From a virus: a stretch of DNA of 64,000 bases. The notes below the pieces were generated by a model. That model was not told the origin of the DNA and searched no databases. It saw nothing but the letters and a program-made list of their open reading frames with translations. A program made the position numbers and the translations under genes. The stretch is from IMG/VR virus record IMGVR_UViG_3300050343_000185; one strand, given 5' to 3'. Position 1 is the first letter of the stretch, and every line of letters starts with the position of its first letter. This document shows positions 19,622 to 31,300 of the stretch, piece after piece.

Positions 19622-22600
19622 TTAGTTCTTGGTAATTGTGGATGAGAAAGTAATAACTACGGTATTTGTAGTAGGAACATCAGCTCCTAATGTAATATTT
19701 AACCTTGCTTCATTTCCAGAAGTAAATTCAAACTCTGGAACAATCAATTGGTATCCAGTTCTTAAGTTTCCATACTCTGTATGGAATATATCTGTACCAT
19801 CATCTGTTACACCAAATTCAATAAATTCTTTAGAACCATCTGCTTGATTTTCTGCCACTACAACTACCTTTGCTCCTTTAGCAACAGTTGTATCATATAT
19901 GTTGGAACCACCATTATTCGCAGAACCTTTAATCAAAGTTACTTTCTCAGATGAAATTTTAATATCTGCAAGTTCAAATTCTTTAAGATCTCCATCAAAG
20001 ACCTTAACTCCATTATAGTTACCAGTGCCAAAACCAGTGTTTAGATATACATCACCTTGATCATCCAATCTAAGAATAGGATCTACATAGATGCCTGTGG
20101 AAACACCAAGATCAAAATATGGTTTTGAAGTATGTAGGAATGTCCTAGTTGTATCAGTATTATCAAATGTAGTTTCTGCATTATTAAATGTCATTAAGTT
20201 TGCAGTAATCTCAAACTGATTGCTTGATTGCGATCTGATTGTATCTACGGTATAGAAATCAAGTGCTGACGTGGTGAGTTGTAATGAGTTGTTTCCATCA
20301 TTGTAGAAGTATAAAATATTTTCATTAGCACCAGGAACGGTTTCCGGAATAATATAAGTGTTTTGATCAACGTCTTTGACACCACCAAGAGAACCCCAGT
20401 TGGTTCCATCATAACCTTCATATGTTAGATTGGTTGTATTGTATCTAATAGAACCTTGCTCTGCTGTTCCTCTTTCGCCAGTAGATCCATTTGGAATTAC
20501 AAGAGATGTTGCTGCATCAATAATAACTTTTTTGCCAGAGTTAGGTCTTAGAAGTAGATCACTAACATCAGTTGATACTACATTATCTGCTAATCTTAAA
20601 TCGCCATTAATACTTAATGGCAAATCACCTAGAGGTCCAATTCTCAGTTCTTCAATATCCTCAAATGTTAGAGGAGCAACTGCGATTTGAGAGTATTCTA
20701 GTTGTGCAGAACCATTAGGTAGAGTGCCACTTGTATGTGTTGGTTCACTACCACTTGTAGCAGTAGTACCAGCTCCACCACTAGGAACAAGATAAAGGTT
20801 ATTCTTATACTTGAGATATTGCCCTTCCGTTACAGGAACGTTTGCTGCCCACTCTGTATATGCAGGAGCAGTCACGTTCACAGAACGCATCTTCTTCATG
20901 TTGACAAATTCAAGATGATTTGGAGTGAACCTAACCGTATTAATATTGTCGTTAATAAACCATAAAGTATTGTCGTTATTACCTACACTCTCTTCCGCTA
21001 AGATAAATGTATTTCCATCTAGATCTCTAACACCACCTAATGACGCCCATGAAGAAGTTTGTGAACTATAACCTTCGTATTGATTTGTGTCTGTGTTAAA
21101 TCTAATACAACCATCTTTTACGATACCAGCAACAGGTCTTTCTGATGTATTACCAGATGGAACAGCAATAGCAGTATTAGTTAAAACATCCGCAATTCTA
21201 CCTGTATCAGGAACAAACTTAACATCAAATCCACCAAGTGATCTGAACGAATTATCAACATTTTCAATTTTTAAGTAATCACCAATTCTTACTTCACTAC
21301 CCTTGAGGATATTAGTAACAGTAAGATCACCTGTTGTTGCCGCAAACTGAACCTTAGAACCTACGTTTAATGTAGCAGCAGTAACATTAACAATTCCAGT
21401 TAGAGGATCATCTACAGCAATGTCGATATTTCCTGCTGCAGGACCAGAGAAATTACCACATGTAATTGCTGTAGATGTTAGTAATGTACTAATAGTCGCA
21501 TTAGCAATCACAGCTTCAGTCGCTTCTGCTAATGGTGTTGTAAGTTTTTGAACTTCAAAGAAACCATCTTGTACAGTTCCTTTTACAACTTCCTCTACAA
21601 TAACATCAGTTACAGATAATGAGAATCCACTACCAAATGTCTTAGGATTATTTGTGCTAACTGTAATTTGTGCTTCATCGTTATCATCGCCACCTTCGTT
21701 TTGGTGATCAATATTTTCTGTAGAACAGAAATAATAAAGAGTAGGTGTTGTATCTGAAACTTTAATTGTTACATTTGTACCATCAACAGTAACACCATCC
21801 GTATATTGTGCACCAAAGATATTGATAACAACTTCACCTGGTGTAGTTGGATTTGAACTCAGTGTCAATTGAGTCGCACTATCTACAGATACAACAGTTG
21901 TATTATCTCCAAGAATACCATCTCCAGATACTTTTTGTACAACCATACCAGCAGTAATTCCACTGGTTGAAGTGATGGTAATAATTTTACTAGTAGTTTC
22001 TAAAGTAGTACTAAGGTTTTCTCTCCTACTAGGTGCCCAAATACCATCCCTAAATGTAGACAGAGCAAAATCATGACCGCCATTTGTTCCATCGCTAAGA
22101 TCAAATACGTAACTGTTACCAGAATATACAGTCCAAGATGGAGTCATTGTTGCTCCATTACCATCATTTAAATCAACAAAGTAACGATACTCTGTTTCGG
22201 CAGTATCAGTCTCATATCCTACTGTTGGAGCACTTGCATTTACAAGAATGTCTCCTGCAGAAAAACCAAATCTATCTACTACAATGTAATCAATGTTACC
22301 AGCAGCAGTTGCCACTTTACGAACAACTACAGGATCACCAGCAGCATTGACAGAGTTAACTGTGATTGTCAGGTTATCGGCAGGTGTATTACCACCAATA
22401 GATGCGCCAGGAATTGTGATAGTATCATTATCTGCGTAGAAAGATCCTTCAGATCCTGTAGTAATTACGGCGGACAGAATAGCACCAGTGTTGTCTCTTT
22501 GTATATCAAAGGTAGCACCAACGCCATTTCCAGATGTTGCACTCTGTACTACCCCACTGTATACACCATCATTAGCAGCTGCTACAACCGTAGAAACTGT

Positions 22601-25126
22601 TACTGTAGATGCTAGAATTGATCCACCAGCATCTCCTACTGTATCTCCTACGCTAAATGTGGCAGCAGGAATTACATTACTTACAAAACTAATCTTATCA
22701 ACTTCTAAGTTAGTAACTGCATATACTTCTGGTTGGACAAGATCAAACGGACTAACTTCTAAAGTATCTCCAATGGTATATCCATTACCACCTTCTACAA
22801 TACTTACCTCACTAACAAAACCTAATGTGCCAACTGTATATTGGAATCCAGTACCACCACCATATTCTGGTTCAAAGTTGACAACCATTGTGCCAGCAAC
22901 TGATGGATTAATAGAAATTTTTAACGTAGTTGCATTAATGATTTCATTAACTGTTGTGCCAGAAACAAGTTCACCGTTACCACTTACTTTGGTAATTTCC
23001 ATTCCAACAACAATACCTGTCGTGGAAGCAACTGTTAAATTATCTAAATTTGAGTTGACAATTTTAAGATCTGCACTACCAGGGATAGTTGGTCCCTCTG
23101 ACATAGTGAACTGTGTTCCACTATCAACACTAAGAACAGTTACACCACCAGGAATTTGTCCTGGGTTATTAATGTTTTGAACAATTTCAACACCATCACC
23201 AACTTCAATACCAGTAGTATCGGAAACTGTAATCTGAGGACTACCAGCATCAATTGTAGAAACACTAATAGCAAGATCATTACCACCAGATCCAGGTTGA
23301 ACACCAGAAGTACCACCTAAGGTGTTACCCGCAATGTATAATGAATCTCCTGGTAAGTAACCAGTACCAGCTGTTACAATGGTTACAGATTCATAGAAAG
23401 AATTACCACCACCTTCCGAGATAACAACATCAACAATTAATCCACTACCACCACTAGTGATATTTTGTACGGCAATACTATTATATGTTCTAGCACTACC
23501 AAAAGCATTACCTGTAAACTGAATTGCGGTAACACCTGCTGTAGATGTGAAGGTAATACCACTAAAGGTCAATTCTCCTCTAGCATAAGTGTTGACATTA
23601 CTAACTGCACTTGCTAATGTAAGAATATCTCCAGTTTGATATCCATTACCAAAATCAGCGATCTGATCTAATGCTGAAATAGCACCAAAATTACCACCAA
23701 GAGTAATCTGCATACCAGAACCTAATGTTCCTGCATTGGCAGTGTCTACATCATATAAATCTGCTGCAGCAACAGAGATGACATCTCCTGCTTGGTAAAG
23801 ACCATTTCCTGGAGCATTGACTATAAATTCTGTGACACTACCACCAACAGTTTCGATTTCCATTTGGAATCCACTTTGTTGTGGATTTGGATCTGAGTGA
23901 GTAATAGCACCACCCATTAATGGGTGAACAGCACATCCATAATAAACAACAGCATTTGCTGGGTTTGCTGGTACTGCATATGTAATACTTCTAGTAGTAG
24001 CACCAAAATAACCTGAAACAAATCCTGATCCAGTTACTGTAACTCCATCTAGAACATATGTAAAACCATCAGCAGCATCTAAAATAGTGTTCGCATCATC
24101 TTGTGTAGATGAAAAGAACATTGGGTGTGAACCATTTGTTGGATCAACAACTTCAAAAATATAAGTTTTACCTTTTAATAGATTAAAATCTCCTCCTTCA
24201 AATCCATCAAGGAAATATTTGTTACCTAAAGAAGATTTAACTACAAATGTTTGTGTTCCTGCAAGAGGAATAGTTCCTGTTACAACATCCCCTGCAGTGT
24301 ACTGAGATGTAACAGATACGAATTCGCTGCTATCAACTCCACCAACAGGTTGTACACCACCATTTTGAACACTGAGATTCATCAGCATTCCTGTTCCATT
24401 ACCACCCGTCATTGGGATGCTCTTAAACACCCCGTTTGGATAGTTAGTTCCGCCAGTTACTGTGGCAGCAAACGCACTAATTGTGACATCAGCAGTCATC
24501 TGCTGACCACTACCACCAATTACTGCTAAGTTTGTATATGAACCAGTGGCATAGTTAATACCACCATTAGTAATAGCACCAGCAATTTCATCAACTGTGA
24601 AGTCGATAAGAGCACCAGTACCAGATCCGTTACTAAGAACTGGAATATTTAAATAAACTCCTGGTACATATGCGGAACCAGTAGATGTAACAGATCCACC
24701 AAATCCATCCACTTCGATACCAACAGTAGCAGAATCACCAGTACCACCAATTACTGCAATTCCCGAATAAGATCCAGCGTCATAATTACTACCAGTATTT
24801 AAAACAGCGATGCCGGTAGTATCGAGACTATTTTTCTCAATTACAAAATCTCTGTAATACTTAACGTTTGCCGCTGACAGATCTGATAATTTTTTACTGT
24901 TACTGGCAAATCCTAATACACCTGCCCCATTTCTATAGATGCCTAACGCAGCATCATTTACAAATGCCAAACTCGGAATAGATACTGAACCATCACCTAA
25001 TTTTAAATTTCCTGTAGATAGATCAGATCCACCTGCAGTAACGTTAAAAATTTGAGCAGCGACTTCATTAATTTTTACCCTTTGTTTTTCAAAGGTATCA
25101 GTTCTAGCGACATTAATTGCTGGCAT
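19622..25126 (-). CDS. Large virion structural/fibre protein (1834 aa) with cupredoxin-like domains
   Basis: MPAINVARTDTFEKQRVKIN; GxGY repeats; two C-terminal IP.G.T.ER...IR(F/Y)NT...YEGY...W.SLGGV.D.D repeats. Confidence 0.85.
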   Translation of the reverse strand: MPAINVARTDTFEKQRVKINEVAAQIFNVTAGGSDLSTGNLKLGDGSVSIPSLAFVNDAALGIYRNGAGVLGFASNSKKLSDLSAANVKYYRDFVIEKNSLDTTGIAVLNTGSNYDAGSYSGIAVIGGTGDSATVGIEVDGFGGSVTSTGSAYVPGVYLNIPVLSNGSGTGALIDFTVDEIAGAITNGGINYATGSYTNLAVIGGSGQQMTADVTISAFAATVTGGTNYPNGVFKSIPMTGGNGTGMLMNLSVQNGGVQPVGGVDSSEFVSVTSQYTAGDVVTGTIPLAGTQTFVVKSSLGNKYFLDGFEGGDFNLLKGKTYIFEVVDPTNGSHPMFFSSTQDDANTILDAADGFTYVLDGVTVTGSGFVSGYFGATTRSITYAVPANPANAVVYYGCAVHPLMGGAITHSDPNPQQSGFQMEIETVGGSVTEFIVNAPGNGLYQAGDVISVAAADLYDVDTANAGTLGSGMQITLGGNFGAISALDQIADFGNGYQTGDILTLASAVSNVNTYARGELTFSGITFTSTAGVTAIQFTGNAFGSARTYNSIAVQNITSGGSGLIVDVVISEGGGNSFYESVTIVTAGTGYLPGDSLYIAGNTLGGTSGVQPGSGGNDLAISVSTIDAGSPQITVSDTTGIEVGDGVEIVQNINNPGQIPGGVTVLSVDSGTQFTMSEGPTIPGSADLKIVNSNLDNLTVASTTGIVVGMEITKVSGNGELVSGTTVNEIINATTLKISINPSVAGTMVVNFEPEYGGGTGFQYTVGTLGFVSEVSIVEGGNGYTIGDTLEVSPFDLVQPEVYAVTNLEVDKISFVSNVIPAATFSVGDTVGDAGGSILASTVTVSTVVAAANDGVYSGVVQSATSGNGVGATFDIQRDNTGAILSAVITTGSEGSFYADNDTITIPGASIGGNTPADNLTITVNSVNAAGDPVVVRKVATAAGNIDYIVVDRFGFSAGDILVNASAPTVGYETDTAETEYRYFVDLNDGNGATMTPSWTVYSGNSYVFDLSDGTNGGHDFALSTFRDGIWAPSRRENLSTTLETTSKIITITSTSGITAGMVVQKVSGDGILGDNTTVVSVDSATQLTLSSNPTTPGEVVINIFGAQYTDGVTVDGTNVTIKVSDTTPTLYYFCSTENIDHQNEGGDDNDEAQITVSTNNPKTFGSGFSLSVTDVIVEEVVKGTVQDGFFEVQKLTTPLAEATEAVIANATISTLLTSTAITCGNFSGPAAGNIDIAVDDPLTGIVNVTAATLNVGSKVQFAATTGDLTVTNILKGSEVRIGDYLKIENVDNSFRSLGGFDVKFVPDTGRIADVLTNTAIAVPSGNTSERPVAGIVKDGCIRFNTDTNQYEGYSSQTSSWASLGGVRDLDGNTFILAEESVGNNDNTLWFINDNINTVRFTPNHLEFVNMKKMRSVNVTAPAYTEWAANVPVTEGQYLKYKNNLYLVPSGGAGTTATSGSEPTHTSGTLPNGSAQLEYSQIAVAPLTFEDIEELRIGPLGDLPLSINGDLRLADNVVSTDVSDLLLRPNSGKKVIIDAATSLVIPNGSTGERGTAEQGSIRYNTTNLTYEGYDGTNWGSLGGVKDVDQNTYIIPETVPGANENILYFYNDGNNSLQLTTSALDFYTVDTIRSQSSNQFEITANLMTFNNAETTFDNTDTTRTFLHTSKPYFDLGVSTGIYVDPILRLDDQGDVYLNTGFGTGNYNGVKVFDGDLKEFELADIKISSEKVTLIKGSANNGGSNIYDTTVAKGAKVVVVAENQADGSKEFIEFGVTDDGTDIFHTEYGNLRTGYQLIVPEFEFTSGNEARLNITLGADVPTTNTVVITFSSTITKN

Positions 25127-25319
25127 TTCTTACTAACTCTCTAAGTAGGGATTTGATTTCAGAGATTTCATCCTTCAACATATTTATGTCTTCTAACGCG
25201 GAACCAAGGTGTTTTGATTTGCGTCTAGATTCTATAGCAGAATTGTCGAAATTGATGATAGCACCTGTGGTCTCGTCTCTAACGAGACCATCATGACCCT
25301 CTACTTTAATGTAACTCAT
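25113..25319 (-). CDS. Conserved small cyanomyovirus protein
   Basis: MSYIKVEGHDGLVRDETTGAIIN...; usual position downstream of vrlC. Confidence 0.75.
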   Translation of the reverse strand: MSYIKVEGHDGLVRDETTGAIINFDNSAIESRRKSKHLGSALEDINMLKDEISEIKSLLRELVRNASN

Positions 25320-25328
25320 ATGCGGAAA

Positions 25329-28300
25329 TTAGAATGCTGCTACTGCTCTGATGTCTTGAATTTTGGGAACAAATGCTGGATCAACTCCCTTCATAACAAT
25401 CTTAACAGCAAATGATGAGAACTCTGGGAGATCAGACACACTATAAGTAATGTCTTGATACGAAGATTGTTTCTCTATAACAGAAGAAATTGTATTTTCT
25501 GCTGTAGCAATCTCTAGTGAATTTGGAGATCCATCTTCATTAAAGTATATCCAGTTAATGTCTTCAAAGTTTTCTTGACTCGAAGATTTTTTAAATTTAT
25601 AAAGAACTTGAACATCATTAATGTCTTTAGAATTTAATGTTATATGAACATCAACAGCAGTTGCCGGATTATTAATTACAACTTCTTTTGTAACATATTT
25701 TGCCACAGCAGAACTGTTTTTGGAAGTGTTGTCCGAAACATATGTTATTCCATTAGCATAAGTAATTTCTTTAATTTCTAAGAATCTTGCTTCCTCATCT
25801 ACTTGATTTGGATACTTAAGAAAGTCTCCTACTCTAAAGATATCAGAAAGTTGATCATTTACAACAGAATTTCTATTGTATATTACATTGTCAATAATTC
25901 TTCCTGTGAAGTCATCTGCTAATGGTTGTGTATCATTCCTTACTTCCAATTCTTGGGTTTTATTGTTCCAAATAACCGCAGTTCCGGTAATGATGTTATC
26001 ATATGATTCTAAAATATTAGATGGATTTCTGGCAACCATAGTTGCCGCATCAGGAATATCAAGGAATACTTCAATTGGGTTGGTATCAATAGTAGCAGCT
26101 GGTACAATTACACCATTAAGAGTCTCAACTAACGTTGGCTGATTTCCTAATGTAACTCTTTCTCCTCTCTTAAAGAATTGACTTGTTTTAAGTCTCACAT
26201 AAACTGTGGAACCATCAACTCTAGCAATAGTACCAACTGCTTTTGAAGTATATCCTTCGATAGCTTGGTTGTTTTGAATTTGACTACCGCTGGTATTTCC
26301 TATATTAAACTTATAGATTGGGTAGAACTTAATAACTTGATCTCTTCTTCCGTATCTGTCTTCTTGCCCAGTAGCAGATTCAATTCTATTAGATATAGTT
26401 TTGACACTTGCTGTGGAAAGATCAACTACAGGGGAAAGATATGAAACAGTAGATGAAAGAGACAACTTATACATTAATGAAGTAACATTGTTTAATGTCT
26501 CATTAATATCAGAAGCAATGAATTTTTGATTCGTGAAATAATGTGGTTCATTTAAAAATGTCTTTTCATAATCTGTCTGTGAGTATGATGTGTAATTATT
26601 AGTTGTTGAATCTACGGGAACAACATTTGTTGTTTTGATAGAAGAACTTAGTTTAGTTCCGGTAAATGATAAGTATTGAATTTGTGGATATAAAATTTCA
26701 TATTTTCTGTTGTAAGTAGCATATACTACTTCACCACCACCTTCAATGTTTCCGGAAGCAGCAACATCTGATACAATATTGTAGGTATCAATTCCACTAT
26801 TTGTAATCTGGAATAATTTGCTGTTTAAAACATCAGAAGTCACACCACCAGTCTCAACCGCTCCTTTGAAGAAAACATAAGAGGATCCAGAAGTTTCAAA
26901 TCCATTATCTCTATGTGATACTTGAATGATGTTGTTGTTGTTTCGGAAGAGTCTTGAAGTCGCGTTTGTATTAGCTGTAGCATTAGTATTGAATGGATTC
27001 TTAGATAATAACTCATAACCTAAAGATTCATTTGTTAATACTAACTCTGCAGTTTTGGTGATATTAAATTCTGCTCTGTATAGAGTAAACTTGACATCCT
27101 CAAAATTATCTTCTGTCCAGTTGTCTACATTTTGTGATCTGTATACTGAACCAAGAGAAGGTTGTGTCGTAATAACAGTACTTGTAGAAACATCAACTTC
27201 CCCAAGTCTAGATACCCAAATTTCATAGTCAGTTGAGTCTGTTTCAATTGCCATGGCATACTCTGTGTCATTCTGTAGATATACAGGATGTTCAAATTCA
27301 AAATGTGTTGGGACAGTGGAATCTGTGAGACCACTCTGATCCACTGCTACACCCATTCTGACAGCCGGACTATCAATCTCTATCTCAGTCTCAATTATCG
27401 CTCCTCCAGCGCCGTTACCGATGCCTTTGATGACGACCGATGGTGGTTCTGTATATCCAAATCCGTTCAAACTAATTTCTGTATTATAAAGTTTGCCGTC
27501 AGATACTTCCACACTAGCAGTAGCAACAGATCCACCAGGAAGTTGTGGACTTTCAATAGTTAAAATTGCGTTAGTATAATTTTGACCTGTAGATGTAATT
27601 CTGATATTTGAAACTTTGCCACTATCTTTAGCAACAGTTAGAACTCCAAATTCTCCTTGTGTATTGTTTCTGAGAGTTACTGATGGAACTGAAAGTTGTT
27701 CGTTTTGATTAAACGAACGACCATTGTGGTTACTCAGAACAAGTGTATATACTTGCTCATTTGTTAGCAAGAACCTACCAGAAGAAGATGGAATTAAATC
27801 AACACCATTTTTATCAATAACCTTTTCAATTGGACCACTTGCGGCAGAAGTAGTTCCCGTTACGTTTTCGCCTTTGGTAATATAAACATTTCCATTTGCC
27901 GAGAATTTAATATACGTAAATGGAGATAGGATTTTTTCTGTTCCAGGAATAATATTTTTGCCTGGTTTGTCCGACTCTACATTGGTTAAGTATACTTTGA
28001 CGGGAACCTTATTACTCTTTTTGTTGAAGTAAAGATCAATACCAGTAGTAAATACTCCACCATCATAGTTTTCAACTTTAAATGTTTGAGCAAGTGGATT
28101 TGGTCTTACAGGATTATCTGTATTACTATCGACAAATTGAACACCCTCGTTTGCTTTAAAGAAAGATGGTTTGGTTGAGATAATACTAACAGGATTTTCT
28201 GGTAAAATGCCTGTAGCATAATACTTAACTTCAGCATATGTAGACACTGTTAGTTTATCAGCATCGCTATCGCTTGAAGTAAACCTGAAAGTCTTAACTC

Positions 28301-31300
28301 CAGATGTAATTCTTACTTCTTCGGAATCTGTATCATAATCAACAGTATCAACATCGCCACCCCATGTAGCATTTTGTCTAGGAGCAAAACCTGCAGGTAA
28401 TAAGATCAATCCACTAGCGTTGCCATCATTGTCTGTAGTTATAGTGCCGTTAAAAGCTGATAGTGAATTACCAGCAACACCAGTAAATCTGAGATCTGGA
28501 TTTACCCAACGACTAATATCTCGACCTTCTAAGAAGACTGAGATATTAGTATTTGGTTTTAGTCTACTAATTACAAACTTAACTGGTTGACTTCTAGCAA
28601 AGAATTGTAGTGAAGTAGATACAGAATTGCCTCTAACGATAGAAGATTGTACTCCTTTAGCAATATCATTATTTTGTGGACTGATGTTTGAGGAACTTGA
28701 AACAGAAGCTTTACTTACAGAAGACTGGGATTCTAAGGAATTGATTTGTCCTAGAGAATTGATAGATGTAAATGATGGAGAAGATCCAACCCAGTTTATG
28801 ATAAAGGAATTATGTAAACTTGAAAAACTTTCTCTTACATCTTGCTTAGCAAGAAAAATCTTATATAGATCAGTATTTGTATCTACTACAAGAGGTTCTG
28901 TGGATTGATCATACCATTGATCGATACTTGGTGATATAGAAGCATCGCCAACATATTGTAAAACAACAAATGGATTTGGGTTTAATGTTTTTGAAGCAAA
29001 ACTATTACCTAATAGATTTAAACTAGTGTAAGGTAGAGTGATAATGTTGCCAGATTTTTTATATCCAGAAACAAATCTTTGATCTTCCCTAGTATTGAGT
29101 TCTTCTAAGAATAGAGAATCTTCTTTAGATTGGGGACGTAAAACTGATTGCTGAGAATCAACTGCACATTGGTAATCAAGAGATACTAGATTTCCAGATC
29201 TATGGGATTCAAAATTATCAACTAAGAAACCTGATTTGAATCTATCCAAACCAATTTCGTCTTTGATCTGCATGTTTAAAGCTTGTTGCTCTAGGATGCT
29301 GAGTGTAGTGTAATACTCTAAACGTTCGATACGCTTCTCTAGTTTGCCGATATCACGCATCGTGTAACGGCGATTATCGACTGATGTAATTCTTACATCT
29401 TTGCTGGTTTGAGTAAACGCAGGAATATAAGCATAGAATAAAGCAATCGCATCATCAATAGGATCTGGTTTAGTTGGATTTAATGAAGAGTTTCCTTCCT
29501 TAACAATAAAGTTTCCATTTTTATTCAAGAAAACTCCATCAATTCTATCAAGATATTGTACTTGACTAAAAGAGATTGTGTACTCTAGTCCAAGATCTGG
29601 TGCTGGTGTAGCAGCAATTACAGATCCTACTCCGGCAAATTTACCTACACTATCTGCCAAAGAAGATTGATCTTGGAAACCAGCGATAGTTGATGCAGAA
29701 TCAACCTTAGGTCTAAAGTCTAACAAATTTTTTAAATTTACAATTCCATAGACAGAAGAATTGAATGAGGGAATGAGGTCTTCGGTTACACCCGCTTCAT
29801 GAATATAACTATCAATTGTACAGAAGTCTCCCTGAGACTGTTCAAAGTAATCAAAAGCAATTACAAGTTGACCTGTAGTTTGTTCTTTTCCAGGTTTTAA
29901 TACAATACGAGAAACATCATATATGGTATCTCTTTGTCCATTATCAAACGTAAATCTATCTGTTACATCTATTCCAGAAATTAACTGTCCTGAAGTATCA
30001 ACAGTTGGTGGTTGTGTTGCGCTACCTTCATAGACATATTTCAGTTTATAAGCATCTGAATATGAAATAGTTTCAACAACATCACTATCGTAATTAGTTC
30101 CTCTAAATGGGATTACACGATCTCCAGAAGAAGTAACAACAATCCTTCTGTTTTCAATAGAAGTTTTTAATCTAGGTTTGGCATTTGAAACTTCTAATGT
30201 TGCAGATAGTTTTAACTTGGGGAATGTGCCATTTACTGGAATAGTTCCAAAGTATGATGTTGGTAGATTGAGACTAATACTACCAGATGTTAGTCCACTT
30301 GCTGTATCAGTAGCAGAACTAATTTCTACAGAGTCTACATCAACGTAAATGATATCACCCTTACTGATATTTGGAGCATCACCTGGATCTAATACAGTAA
30401 TAACATAATTTTCTTCAGTAAAAGTAGCAAACCTTTGTGTACCAAATGGTAGTTGAGCAGCAAAAGTAATTGTACCACCAGACGTAGATGCTGTAGTTAC
30501 AAAATCTCTACGGAAAAAATATTTGATATTTGTTTCTTCGGGTGTATTAGAAACTTTTTTAATCTGATTGCTTCCTGTTGGGAATAATAAAGTTCCTAAG
30601 TTAGCATTATCTACTCTAGGACGTAATCTAACAATACTAGTATTGGTTACATTACCAGGAAGGACAGTATCCATGTATACTCTAGACTTAGAAGATCCTT
30701 GTCTTTGAGTAGCATATTGTACAACAGCACGAACTAGTGTGTTGCTTTCATCTGAAAACTGAACAACATCTCCTTGCTGTAGCAAAATACTAGCATCAGC
30801 ACTAAAACTAGTAGATTCTATAAAATTATAACCTTTAGAACCAAAGAAAGTAAAATCAGTGACTGATTTAATTTCTGCATATGATTGATCATCTGTAACT
30901 AAATCTGCAGTAAAGATATTGGCATTGCCAGATCCATATTGTGCTGTTACAGATTTTACATTTTGTGGTGTGTAAGTTGTTACAGAATTTCTAGTTAGTA
31001 CAGGTAAAATAACAGCACTAATGCTAGGATTAGCAGCTCCATCTGGTTGTTTAATTGATACTGCTGGTGGTTGGGAATACTCAGTAGATAAAGCAGACTT
31101 GTTATTAATTTCAACTGTATAGAACGAACCGTTTGTCAAGCGCATCAATTCTGCTGCTGCAGCATCGTATTCTACGCCATTGATAACAAGAGTAGAACCA
31201 TCAGCATATCCAAGTCCACGATTAACTACAATAAATTTAGAAATTGTATTGTCTTTAGCAATTTTATTTGTAACCCCATCTTCATCTCTAATGGATTCTC

